This document shows positions 1 to 13,500 of a stretch of DNA of 64,000 nucleotides, piece after piece; the stretch's first letter is position 1; every line of letters begins with the position of its first letter. The stretch lies in assembly GCA_965113315.1 (NCBI GenBank), contig OZ220379.1; one strand, given 5' to 3'. The notes beneath the pieces are model-generated. The model was given only the letters and a program-made list of their open reading frames with translations. It searched no databases and was not told the origin of the DNA. Source of the stretch: Podarcis vaucheri. Lineage: Eukaryota. The position numbers and the translations under genes are program-made.

Positions 1-326
1 CTCAACTAGAGCCAGGGCTTTCTCGGCTGCGGCTCCAATCTGGTGGAACGCTCTGTCACAAGAGACTAGGGCCCTGTGGGACCTGACATCTTTCCGCAGG
101 GCCTGCAAGACAGAGTTGTTCCACCAGGCCTTTGGTCAGGGCGCAGCCTGACTCCCTCCTCTGGCAACCTGCACAGAATTTTGCTTAACGGTTGCCATTC
201 ATTTGATTTTAATTAATTTTTATAATGAAATGTTTTTAGAATGTTGGATTATTTGATTATTTGATTATTTGATTGTTAGCCGCCCTGAGCCCGGCTTCGG
301 CTGGGGAGGGTGGGATATAAATAAGA

Positions 327-363
<37 letters not shown>
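1..363 (+). mobile_element. L2-clade LINE 3' end with (ATT)n tail
   Basis: Translates to RARAFSAAAPIWWNALSQETR...FRRACKTELFHQAF (L2 ORF2 C-terminus pattern), then AGCCGCCCTGAG...GGGATATAAAT and an ATT microsatellite. Confidence 0.75.
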
Positions 364-365
<2 letters not shown>

Positions 366-993
366 AGATTGTCTCTCCAACAAATTCAGAATGCTTTAAA
401 AAGCATTAACATATGGGGTTCAACTTCAAATGCACACTGCTTCTCAGCCTAACATACCTCATGGGGTTTTTGTGAGGCTAGAAATGGAAAGGACTAGCAC
501 CGTGTACCTAGAGCCTTGAGCTCCTCAGACAAAAGGTGGCATATAAATGTAAGAAAGAAAGCTGGGGATATAATTCCAAGAGCAAGGAAGAGATGGCAAA
601 GACAAAACTGCATGGAAAAGTGGCCTCTTATTCCAATATACCCACTGCCGCTTACTGGCCTGTACCTCGAACGCCATTCCAGGACACCTACCTATATGAT
701 GCCCCTGTTCTCCCTTTAGTCCTCACCATTAAGCAAAATGAAGCCTAAGTTTGCATAACTCAATTGTGCAAATTCATTCCCTGCCACCTTTGCCACTTTC
801 TTCCTCTCTTTCCTCTCTTGTCTCCTCCTCTATCACAATTTAACCTGTACAGGGTCTGTTTTTCCGTACTTTTGTTTCCCCCCGTTATGTTTTTTTTAAA
901 CAAACAAGCAAATAACTAGGTGTCAAGGAAGCAGATGCCTAAAGCTGATCTGACTACACACATGGAGGTTATAGCAGTTATTTTAGGTCTCCT

Positions 994-1331
994 GCTGTGG
1001 GTTAAACCACAGAGCCTAGGACTTGCCGATCAGAAGATCAGCGTTCGAATCCCCGTGATGGGGTGAGCTCCCGCTGCTCGGTCCCTGCTCCTGCCAACCT
1101 AGCAGTTCAAAAGCACGTCAAAGTGCAAGTAGATCAATAGGTACCGCTCCAGCGGGAAGGTAAACGGCGTTTCCGTGGGCTGCTCTGGTTCTCCAGAAGT
1201 GGCTTAGTCATGCTGGGCACGTGACCTGGAAGCTTTATGCTGGCTCCCTTGGCCAATAAAGCGAGATGAGCGCTGCAACCCCAGAGTCGGCCATGAATGG
1301 ACCTAACGGTCAGGGGTCACTTTACCTTTAC
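994..1331 (+). mobile_element. Sauria SINE, slightly 5' truncated
   Basis: GCTGTGGGTTAAACCACAGAGCCTAGG, B box GTTCGAATCC, (ACCTTT)n-type tail; aligns with the three other copies in the window. Confidence 0.9.
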
Positions 1332-1361
1332 TGTGTTCCTTATTTCCCAAATTTGGAGACA

Positions 1362-1396
1362 ACTGACTGACTAACTAACTAACTAACTAACTAACT
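1362..1396. repeat. (CTGA)n/(CTAA)n microsatellite
   Basis: Visible tandem tetramers. Confidence 0.85.
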
Positions 1397-1484
1397 CAAT
1401 GAGTACAACTCCACAATGTTCTGGGTGTTGTTTATTCTGGATTTGCATTTCCCATTTTACTAAAAAAAATTCAAAACATACTAC

Positions 1485-1573
1485 CTTGACAGAATTCTGA
1501 AGGACAGTGACAGGGAAGATAGCACATGGCATGGAACTCAAATAGAGTCTGAAGCTTTCATGGATAGAAACAT
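1485..1573 (-). CDS. DNAH6: DNAH6 window exon 43 (AAA6)
   Basis: 89 nt; [29 protein letters not shown]; donor GTAGTA. Confidence 0.93.
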
Positions 1574-4500
1574 CTGAAAAACAAAACATTTTAGTCACAC
1601 AACGGTTTAAGGCAAATTACGTTTCAGAATAAAGTGAAGCCCTAAACTTTCCCAAATTAAAAACAGTGTTTTAAATGTTATGGGCACTATCTAACAGTTT
1701 TCTCACCGATTCTATTTCATTTCAGCAGGTTATGTTAAGCGGGATCTAATTAATTTACAATGTGGGGATAACTAATGGTGGCCCACTTAAAAGAATTGTT
1801 GTAAGAATAATGAAGATAATGCATGAGAACAGTTTTTAAAATGATAAAGATGATGATTAAAAGTAAATGAGTACCACAAAACCCAAAATAAGGACACTCG
1901 TTTTATAAGCTATTAAAAAAAACTACAACCCCCCCCCCCTTTTTTGTTAAAGTCCTAAAATGGCTTCATCTCTTTGAGGTATATAGCATGCCTGAAACAA
2001 AAAAAAAAAGGGGGGGGGACATACTTGGCTCTGTAAAAGTTTTTATAAGCTCTTCCATAGCTAACATCCATGAAACGGCAAGGTGACAGTTCTGAAGAAA
2101 CACCCAATTTCCCGATTTCAATGCATCCTTAATCATTCTTTCTGCAATAGGTCCTTGACCTTGCCCTAATGAAATGGACTGCACTCTGAAAGACAGAATA
2201 TATTTTGTTGGTATTCAAATTACATGCAGTTTGCATATATTATTTAGATAACCTATGCACACTTTTTGAGTTGCGTGGGTAGACAACTAAAAAAATGCTT
2301 ACTTCTAAGCAAATGTGTTCGGACTGCATTGCGAAATAGTTCAGACATTTTATGTCTAGTGCTGTATCTATTACTTAGGCCTCCAAATAAAAAGAGCTCC
2401 ACCTTCAAAAAATAATGAGCATTCATATATGGATTGATGTCAAATGCAAGTATATTGCTACTCCCCCAGCATTTTAGTTATACCTCTTTTCAAAATCAGT
2501 TTTGGTAAATACATTCCTTCCTGGTTGAAAGTTTAAGTTACCAGTAATTTTTGTAAATGATTATTATTATGACATTTCTATGCAAACTGCCTCCTCTACT
2601 GATAGGAACAGCTACAAAATTTTACAGTGAAAAATCCCTTGGGCTAGAGATGTGACTTTTCATTGTCAAGTAAACTTCTGTTCAAATATTGCTGGCATAT
2701 TTAAAAAGAAGAAGAAAAAGAGCATAAATCTATGGTAGATCTCATGTCATTACCATGTGAAAACTGGAAACTCTGATACCTAAAGAAGGCCAAGGCTTCT
2801 TTAAAGCAGTGTACATGTTATTTCTAAAATCCCATTAGACCTTGTTGATTCAAGAGAGGAGGACAGACTTTTGTGGCTCCCAGGTATGACAAAAGAATAC
2901 CACAATGTGTGCTCTTCAGTCACGTCAGGGAAGGAAATTTGCCCCCTGTTGCTCTGTGGGGCAATGAGACCACAACAGTGCAGCTAAAAAGACAGTGTCG
3001 GCCTGGTTGTAATAGTGACACATCCCCTCATCTCCCTAACTTTCTAAGTGGGGGAAAACAACTGATGTAGCCAAACCAGTACGTTTCTGAGCACAATTCA
3101 AAGTGTTGGTGCTGACCTTTAAAGCCCTAAACGGCCTCGGCTCAGTATACCTGAAGGAGCGTCTCTACCCCCATCGTTCTGCTCAGACACTGAGGTCCAG
3201 CGCTAAGGGCCTTCTGGCGGTTCCCTCACTGTGAGAAGCAAAGCTAAAGGGAATCAGGCACAGGGCCTTCTTGGTAGTGACACCCGCCCTGTGGAACGCC
3301 CTCCCACCAGATGTCAAAGAGAAAAACTACCATATTTTAGAAGACATCTGAAGGCAGCCCTGTTTAGGGAAGCTTTTAATGTTTAATAGACTATGTATTT
3401 TAATATTCTGTTGGAAGCCGCCCAGAGTGGCTGGGGAAACCCAGCCAGATGGGCGGGGTATGTATGCATGCATGTATGTATAAATAAATAAATAAATAAA
3501 TAAATATTACTATTGCTATTATTACCACAGTTGGATTACTGTAATGCAGTCTATGTGGGGCTACCCTTGATGCAGAAAGTGGTAGCTAGGTTGTTTGTAG
3601 AGGCAAATTACTACCAGGATATAACACTCTGCTTTCAGGACTGACATTGCCTGATACGCTGCAACCAGGCTGAGTTTAAGGTGTTGGTACTAGCCTATAC
3701 AGCTCAGGACCAGGTTACTTGAGAAACTGCCTTATCCTTTACAATGTATATTTTTGTATCTATTAGAACAGAATCATTGGTAAAACTTAGATCATACCCA
3801 AATGTTTCATCATATGGAAATCAAATAGTACATATAATAAAAATATATAATCTATACCTTTCTGAATATCCCCGTTCTTTTGCAAACCTCTGGAAAGCCC
3901 CCATGGGGTCAGAGCCTGTACTTAAGATGAACACCAGTGGTGTGGAAGGAGACATATCTTGATAAAGAGTTGCCAGATCAACTGGGGGATTCTCTATGAA
4001 TTGTTTCCCAAGGTTCTCTATTACAAATTCAGTAAGTGCAGAAACAATCTATAAATGTTAAAACAGCCGTTTTACAAATGCAGGGATTAAAAAAAGAACT
4101 GATTTCATTTACTTCATTCGTTCATTTTATTTATTACATTTGTATACCACCCTTCGTCTGTAGATCTCAGTGTAGTTCACAACATAAAAATGCAAGATAA
4201 GAACACAAAATACAAAATAAAACAAGAGGGACCACTCCCTACAAACCAATAAACCTTCTCCTCCCATCTCCTCCCACAAACACATTAAAAATAATATTTT
4301 GCATAATAAATTACTATGTTGTATCAGGGCTTCTGTTACATACAAGTGATAGAGAAAATAATAATATCATATCATTTTGGTGATTCCACTTTGTTTTGAG
4401 TCTATGGCCTAGCTCCGAGGCACCCAGGGGTAACTTGAAAGATAGTCAGGGGTGCCGCAGGCAACACTGGCCTCCATCCCTCTTTCCTTCCCTTCCTCCT

Positions 4501-7500
4501 CTGATGCGCTCTCACGTCTCTGCCTCCCAAAGGCTTGCACAGCTGTTTGTTGCAGAAGCCCTGGCTACAAGCTCCCCAGGCAAATGGTGCCTCTGGGGCT
4601 GGCCAGGGCGTGATGGTTGCCAGGAGCTGCGGCATCCTCTGAGTAAGAAAGCAAGAGGGTGAGGGAGGCCAGGCAAGCAGGCCTGCCTGGAAACAGGTGC
4701 TGAAAGGGAGCCTTTCCACCATGCAGGCGCAGCAGCGCCCACTGCTGCCTCCCAAGACTGGCCTCACGTTCACCTTGAGCCGACCTCTGTTGCTGGGGGC
4801 ATCCTCTTCCCAGGCTCCTATGGGGCAGTGTGAGGAGGCACCTCTCTCTTTGGGGCAGTGGGGAGAGCTCAGAGGCCAGGGGCGGGGGTGCCCAGAGAAC
4901 CCCCAAGGAGAAGAGAGGGACTGAGGGAACACTCCACAAGGGAGGATGTTTGAAAAGGGGTGAGGGGCTGCCAGATCTGCAGACAAGGGATAACATAACT
5001 GGGCTTCTGAGGAGTACAGCGCATTTCCCCACAGGAGAGCCACAAAAAGAATGCAGCTGGTCAAGGGAGCCATGGACTCAAAAAGGTTGAAAACCTCTAG
5101 CCTAGCTAAACTGAAAAGGCCTGTGTTTGTATTTTACAGTACAGAATTAGTTGTTTTTAGGTACTGCATGTAGTGAACACTGGACCACTGAAAAGAACCA
5201 ACTGTTAGAATCTATGGCAGCGATAGGCAACCGAAGGCCCATGGGCCACAAGCGGCCCACGGGGGTCGTTTAACCGGCTCCCGAACCAAGTCGCCTGCTC
5301 GGCAAGTCCCTGCACACTGTGCTAAACCGGTGCAGTGCAGCGTGCGGACTCGCTTCCACGGTGCAGGAAATTGCGTCTGCGCAGACGCCAAAAATTGCGG
5401 GCACGCGTGCTCAGATGCGCGCGCAATCTGGCCCACAGAGGGATCTCTGCTGGAGTGAACCGGCCCAGGCGAGGTAAACCTTACCGACCCCTGATCTATG
5501 TTGACCCTTTATATGCTTCCCACGGGCCTCCCTGGCTGAGGTTGTTGCCAGTGTTGTGTTGGGGGAAACTAGGAATGTGGTCTTGGGTAACTGCAGCATC
5601 TATGCTCAGGATTTCATGGTGACCATGGGACTCTCCCAGTCTGCCTATCTTAACTGTTAATAGTTAGAAAGGTTGGATAATTATCATCCTAGTTTTTGAG
5701 ATATGCATGCTGAATTCAGTGGCACAGTTATGACCAATGTAAGTCAAAACCTAATCTTGCCTTACCTTGCCATAGCTCAGTGGTACAGTACAGGCCTTGA
5801 GTGCAAAATTTCCCCATCTTTGATTTTTGGCATCGCCAGGTAGGGCTGGGAAATAACTCAGCTTGAAACCCTGGAGAGCTATTGCCCAGCGAATGTTGAT
5901 AATACTCAGCTAGATGGACCAATAGATTGACTCTGTCTAAGGCATCTTCCTATGTCTCTATGTCCTGTTCTAGAGTCACAGCCACAATTAGTCACGCACC
6001 TAGAGGGAGGCAGGTACAGGCCGTATTTCCCATATGATTGCTCATTGTTGAGAATGAGGCAGCTGAGCTCTTCCCTCTCTTGCAAACTGCATTTCTAACG
6101 GGACATTGACTACATAGCAGCATCACCTCTAAGATAGTGCCTTGAATTGTTAATAGACATGGCTTACCTTTTCTTCCATAAAGCACTTCACCACAATTAA
6201 TTTCTGAAACATGGTCAGCCTACTGTCCCAGGATTCGTGTGGTTTATCTTCTTTTTTTTTACCGCTTTCAGTTTCAGTTTGAGTTTCAGGTTTATAGTCT
6301 TCCCATTGTTCCGGGTTAATACGAATTTCAAGTTGTCCTACAAAAGAGTATTATAATTTCAAGCCACTTTAGTTCACCCTTTCCTAGAAGAAAATCATTA
6401 TTCAGGTAACACTGGGGAAGCCATAGCTCTATCAGATATGTAACAGTTCTGAAAATACTAGGGGTTAGTTCTTAGCAATTTTCAATTTTCTGAACAAGAG
6501 AAGCATATTGAGAATACTGCTGTGAATACTGATAGGATGAAACAGAATGTGTTTGGTTAAACTAAAATACAACATCCATTTAAAATTGGCATACCTTATA
6601 TACAATATTATATAAACCTTACATACAACATTTTTACCAGTTGGCAGATGACTACAACTAAATAATTTGAAATTCTATGGAATTTCTGGTGAGAATTTAA
6701 CTGTACCACTACATACATCAATAGTCCTGGGGTAGCCAATGTGGGGCCTCCATGTTTTGGACCACAACCCCTATTAACCTGTCCCAGTATGGCCAGTGGT
6801 CAAGGATGATGGGAGCTGTAGTCCACATCTGGAAAGCATTACTACAAAAATAATTATTATTTTTTGTGCTTGTTAGTCATTTTCTATTTTCTAAAGTGAT
6901 TAACAAAATAGTTCAAAAATTAAAACAAAACCTAACCAAACCAGAATGCAAACCTAAACAAACTTTTGTAGGCTCAAAGCTCAAAACAAGCACTTCCAAT
7001 CGAGCCCAGAAACAAATCACACTTCTGTTTGATTTCCTTTGTGTGGAAATAGGTTTTATATATATATATACCGTACTGCAAGTCAACTGGAATATTTTAA
7101 TATGTCCCACAGCAATGTCATTCACTTAAGATGTTATCTAGTGTGAAAACAACATGTATAACAAATAACTCTTGTCAACCCCGAGCCATCATCAAACAGA
7201 AAAAAGTAAATTCAAGTTACACTAACAAAAATCTATTGAAACATAGAAAAACAAATAACTAATATTCAAAAGCAGGCAACATATCATAGAATCATACAAT
7301 TCTCTCATGTTTAGATGCATGATAGGAAAAGTCCTTTACAATCCCATTTCATATTTATCATGTTACCTAATTTAATAAAAATGTGCATCGTCTGTATGTC
7401 CGTTTCAATTCCTGCAAAACATGGCAGTGTTTCATCTAAGTCACAGCACATAAACCACGTATTATCTTCAAGCCATGGAATCTGAGGTTTTTCAGTCCGC

Positions 7501-10500
7501 TCCTATTATAAATAAGACAGGCTATGTCAAGTAGTGTGGTGACAGGTTGCGTAGAGTGTGCGGTCAGACAATTTATTATTTCAAATATGAGTACAGCAGA
7601 AAAAAAAACCTCAAAATGAAGACATAGGTGTTGTTTTTAAGAAAATCTCTTGATCATCATGGAACAAGTGCTATAATCTAAAACATGCCCACTTGAAATT
7701 ATGAAGAACTTATTTTCAAATAAATATGGTTAGAAATTGTGTATCAAAAGTATGAGTTTTTTAACATTGGCTTTCTAATCTAGGCCATTTTATTAGTGTT
7801 AAATAAACATTAACAATAGCATACACTGCCTTGAGCTTCTTGGAGAAAAGCTGGGATACAAATGTAGATAACGATGTCGGATATAAAAAAATAAAAATAA
7901 CAAGCTGGCTATTAAAAAATAACAAGCACAAAAAAGAAAAGAAATCAAACTGACATTTGCAGAATTACGTCATATATATGTATGTACATGTATGCTAGGG
8001 CTGTGCACAAGATTTGGCTAATTCCCCAAACCAAACTGGGCTGATTTGGGAGAATCTGGGTGTTGGTCACATCAGGGTGAGACAGCCCTGAACGCAAAAA
8101 GGACCTACCTGCAGCCGCATCTTCATTAAAGAACATAGGGATGCAGGTGAGTTGATGCCTTTCCCACCAACCTCTCCCTCTTCCTGCCTGGCATCTCATT
8201 CTTTCTGCCTCCTGAAGCAGTACCACACATGACTAACTGCTCCTGCTTACAAGCTGGTAAGCAGAGAGGACCCAATGGTGCCAGTTGTGGCTCCATCACA
8301 AGTGGCTATCATGCGTGCAGGGGAACTGCTTGCAAAGGAGCAGCCTCCCTCAGGATTGAACCTGCCTGCCCATGGTCAGCAGAGGGACCCAGCATCTTCT
8401 CCTTTCCCCACTTCCACCTGTCTCCAAATTCACGGCAAGGCATGGGTGGGACAGGTGGATCAACCCAATCCACGGTCTACGGGTTGGGGCTACAGGGCAA
8501 AACTGGGAGGGCTGTACACAGTCCTATAGATTCATGTTTTCAGTCTGTTGCACTCTGGAATAAGCAGTGATATGTAGCCTTCTGTGATGAGTTATCAAAA
8601 CGCTCTGAAGATAAAGTTGCTCGCATGGCTGGGAGTCCCCAGCTTATGCAGTTCCATGACTAGCTGCACCCAGAACATTGACTGGTCTAGTTTTATGGGA
8701 CCACATTTGGTGGTTGAAAGTGAGGATACAGACAACACGCTTGGTGAAGTTCAGTCAGCCACCTATGCGCATGACCCTCTCTCTTTAAAGTCAACTACAT
8801 CTAAAAAGGAGAGGAAGTCTGGTTGGGTCTAGGAGGTTAGACATTCCTCTTGGACAGAAAGAGTTGTATCAGCATCCTACAAAGATCACTCTTAGGTCAC
8901 TCAGGGGGAAATCTAGCCTGGACCTGGAAGACGTAAATTATAGGAGCCAACAATCCCTTTATGGGCAAGTGGCTTGAGAAAGTGGTCACTGTCCAACCGC
9001 AAACATTCTATGATGAAACTGATTGTCTACATCTATTCTAATTAGGCTTCAGGCCTGGTTCTGGAATGGAAACTGTTTTGATTGCCCTCTGGGTTGACTC
9101 TGATTGAAAGGAATAGGGGGCATTTGATACTGTTAAATTTTCTTGGCCATCTCTGTGGTTTTTGACATCAGTGGCCATTGTATTCTCCTGGATGGGCTGC
9201 CATTTTCGATAGGCTGCCTTTTCAGTGCTGGTTATGGGACACCCTCCCCAAACATGCTTATTGTATTTTTTTCAGTGTCATGTGAGATTTAACCCCTTGT
9301 GGCTTTTAAATTTCAAATATTTTAAAGTATTTTTTTTAGATCTGCTGTCCTAGAGCTATTTTTGTGTTTTAAGCTTTTTACTTGTAAACTGTCCAGGAAA
9401 TTATTATTTTTTTGTATAGAAATATTAACAACAGATAAATAAATTACCAAAGTCCTTTGAGAGCCAATATTGCTGACAAGAGGGGTTCCTAATCCTCCAC
9501 GTCCTCCCTTTGTCATTCACATCTCACTCATGTAACGCGTTGCACAACACAGCAGCCGTATCCTGAATTGTTGTACCTCTAATCTGACTGGTTGTGCAGT
9601 AGCCCTTGCACCTATTTACTTTTTGGGTTCTAATGAGAAGTTGAGTCACACAATCATGAAAAGGATCCAGAAATTTAAAACTTTATTAAATATATATAAA
9701 AAAGGCTTCCTAAATATACCTTATCTAAACCAGCGGCTCCACGGAGGAAGAAGTTCCATTCAAGGTCTGTAAGTTCTTCTTTCTGCCGCATGATCTCAAT
9801 ACACAGCATAAAGCTATAGATTAGTTTGTGCTGTTCAAAAAGGCCTCGGGAAACATTGGTATAAGTTGCATAGAGTGTCTGAGAAAGGAGTATAGCAAGT
9901 CGCTCTTCGAGAACATCGTTTTTTTCAGATGTTTCAATAGTGGTGTTAAATAGCTGCAAGGAAAATCCAAGAAATATAATGTTGGGTGTGCTTGTTACTA
10001 AAGCTCATAAAAGACTAGACACGAATAATCCTTTGGGAACATCTAAAGTATCTCTTTGAATCCTAGATACTGATTTCAGAGGAATTAAGAGGTCTGCAGT
10101 TGGTGGAGTCTTGCAGCTGCAGCCTTAGAAATATATGGCTATTTGCTATATGGAGAATGCCTCCTACAATTCTTTGCTCCTGCCTGCTGTCACGTGGTGA
10201 TGAACCCACCCCCACCATTGGTCCCATCATCTCCATCGGTGGAGCAAGCCGATTGGGCATCTGGGCAGTGCCACCGCGTCATTCCTAGGAGAGATGCGTG
10301 GCTCAGGCACCCTGCAGGCCGTGCGGTGAGTGCCGCCCGGCATTTTGTCACCCCCCTAAGTGGTGACACTCGGGGCGGCCCACTCCCACCGCACCCCCCT
10401 TCCTCCGCCCCTGATCATCCCACGCATTAAGCTGCAAATGTGAAACTGCTCAAAAGAGGAAAGTCCAAACCTGTTTGAAATACTTTAAGGAAAATTGATA

Positions 10501-13500
10501 CATTGGATCAATCTCTGACAAACTTGCAATCACAAAATACATGACCGATCCTCGAGTAGCGACAGGGCGGTATTTTTCACGGGCTGCATTGATTTTTTCT
10601 TCTGTCGTTTCTGCTTCCACAAGCCTCACTTTGATAGCACCGGATGTAATCTAACAACATAGATTTCAAAGTAGCATGTTGAACACACATAAGAAACGGA
10701 GTACCTCAAATATATGAAATAAACTACTCAGAATGAAAAAAAAAATTCTCATTTTTGAAAACACATTAATCAATCATCATCATCATCAAAACACTTTCAA
10801 GTACTCAAAAGAATTTTGCAAGCATTATCTAGCTGTAGTTCTTACAAAAATGATATAAAGTAGATCAGTATTATCCTATTGCAAATAGGTATTATCCTAC
10901 TAAGTCACACTCAAAGCAGACCCACTGGAAGCAATGAATCTACTCTATGACTAACATTGGCTATCACCTAGAATTGGGACTACGGTTGAGGGAGATTAAT
11001 TTACCTAACATCAACTAGTGATTTATGGAAGATGGAAGATCCAGACTAGGGACTTCCTGATTCATAACTCAGTCTTTTAGCCACTATGCTACACCATCTT
11101 TCATGGTGAATCTTTACAACGACCCATTCCGGAAAAATATAAAGGCCTTCAAAGGATATACAGACCGAAAAACCTGGATCATAAATTATAGAACGTATGT
11201 GGTTTTTCACAGATTAGCTTTTTTTATATTTGTTATATTACCGAGATGCACAGATTATGACCCAATCTTGGAAAGAGATTTAGTTTGCAGAATTGTTGTT
11301 GTAAGTCTAACTCGTTCATCATTTTTATTTCAAGGCGGCCCTGCAATATTTTCAGTAAGGGCCATGCAATATTTGAAGTAACATCTCTGATACTGAAAAT
11401 TCTGAAACCCAGATTCCAAGCGGAAATGAGTGAAATAACTAATGGAGGGGCATATTATGTATTTCCGTTCCTCCTACAGCAAAACTGGAAGCTGGTATTT
11501 TAAGTGATGGGGGAAATGATGAGCATAAACTTGCGGGTGGAGATGTTGCAACCTTGAAAATAGAAGCATTCTAATTTTGTCATGCTAACCTAACAGATTG
11601 ATGGAAAGGGGCTTAGTTGGTTATTTGCTTGATTTCAAATAGGAAACTGAGGCTAACTGCATCAAATGGCAAAAGATTGTAGTGTGATATGTGGAGAGTA
11701 AAATGTGATATTCTTGGGATTATGATTTAAAAAACAACTCTGCTGTATCTGTCTGTATGTGCTGCAACTATCATAATATCCCTATAGCTGCTAGACACAA
11801 TATACAGATTTCTGATTAGTGCAGTGCCACTAACATTAGACTAGAGTATCCCATCCTGTATATTTCATTGTTTACATAATGCTCAAGAGCAGAATGTAAA
11901 CATTTTAAAATAATTTCTCTTGGTGATATTCCACACAATCCTATATATGTTGTTCCTTTTTTAAAATGTCCCCCACCTTCGATTCTTGAAGTGTGTTGAT
12001 GAGCTCTTCTTTGTCCAGAATATTCCCTTCTGATGTAAAAAGCATTTTTAGAATTTTGTCTTCAATGGCTTTCAGTTGATTCTTATCAGCATTTATTCGG
12101 ACAATGAGCTGGGTTCTTTGTTCCTCTAGTTCAGGTCTCTCCAGTCGCACGACATCACTAAAACAGAAGTTAAAATATATAAATACTATAAATCCTGGCA
12201 TCTTGTGAAATGTATAATGTATAAACAATGAAAATAATATAAATATATAATAAAATTGCAAGTACTTGACCATCATTTTTAATGATCTCACGAAATTTTA
12301 CACAGACTTTTTTTCACAAAACCCTGTACAAGTATTAGAAAATTTGTAAGCTCTATTTTTCCCCTGTATTATAATAGATGCTATGCATATTACATAATAC
12401 AATATGGAGGGACCAACATGATGTAGACCAGGGGTGGCCAACTCTCAAGAGACTGCGATATACTTTCAGAATTAAAAAAAAACCATTTTTCAGGGGTTCA
12501 ACTCAAAGTTGTTTTTTAGGGATTAAAAAAAGCCTTGGGGGGGGGACTTCTGTCTTTTGGGGGGGTTAAGGGCAAGGGACAAAGGGGTAAAGTCACTCAC
12601 AAAAAGATTGCTATGGATGAAAACAGCAGCACAGAGAAAGCTTCGTCTTCACTTCCAGAGATCAAACAACAATGGAGGGCGGGGCAAGGGGGCAGAGCAG
12701 GAGTCAGTTTTAGCGACCCTAAGGAAAGGGAGCCAGAGATCGACCACAATCTACCAAAACCGCAAGGGGATCTACCAGTAGATTGAGATTCACCTGTTGG
12801 ACATACCTGTTGTACACAGGTATGCCTGGCACCCTCCAGCTCCTATCAGCCTCCCACAGATGCTGGGGAAGGTTAATGTACACCTTTTAATTAGAAAGTG
12901 GTGAAGATTGAATTAAAAACAACAACCACAATACCTTAGCAGTTGATCTTCCAGGCCAGATCTGGTAACAGTGAAATTGATAATTGTTACTTTGATACAC
13001 ACCTGTAAGAGAAGCACAGGAGAAAGGTGGCTAATGTACCAAATGTATTGTTTTCATTAAAGCATAAGCTATTATGAGCTATAGGCCATCAAAGGCAGCT
13101 GAATTATATAGTCCTCCAAATTAAAAATATTTACAGGTAGGGGGAATTATATTTTATATGCCTGGTCTGTATCTCCAATTTAGGGGAATGGGTTTAATAC
13201 AATTGCAGATAACAGACTTGAAAATGCAACCATGCACTTGTTTTCTGAGCAGTAAGTTCCACTGAATTAAATGGAACTTATTCCCAAGTAACTCTGCACA
13301 GAATTTCTACTATAAAAGCTGTATTTTTTCTACATTGAAAAATGGCCTATTTTTCAGTAAACTGACTGAAAAATAACCCTAATGAAAAATGAAAACATGA
13401 AAAAGGTATTTGAAAGAGATATACATACATATATGGAAGACTGGGATTGCAAATGCTTTAAAATACACCTGGATCACATAGAGCAATGGGGTTAAAAACT

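Noticed and set aside
4402-5073. 223-aa minus-strand ORF with a signal-peptide-like start
   Set aside because: Falls within a TSD-bounded GC-rich hAT element; no transposase or other motif.
5769-5840. tRNA gene
   Set aside because: Only an A box remains, with no cloverleaf; it is a SINE head.
11103-11503. 92-aa and 72-aa plus-strand ORFs
   Set aside because: No recognisable domain or splice context; lengths are compatible with chance.
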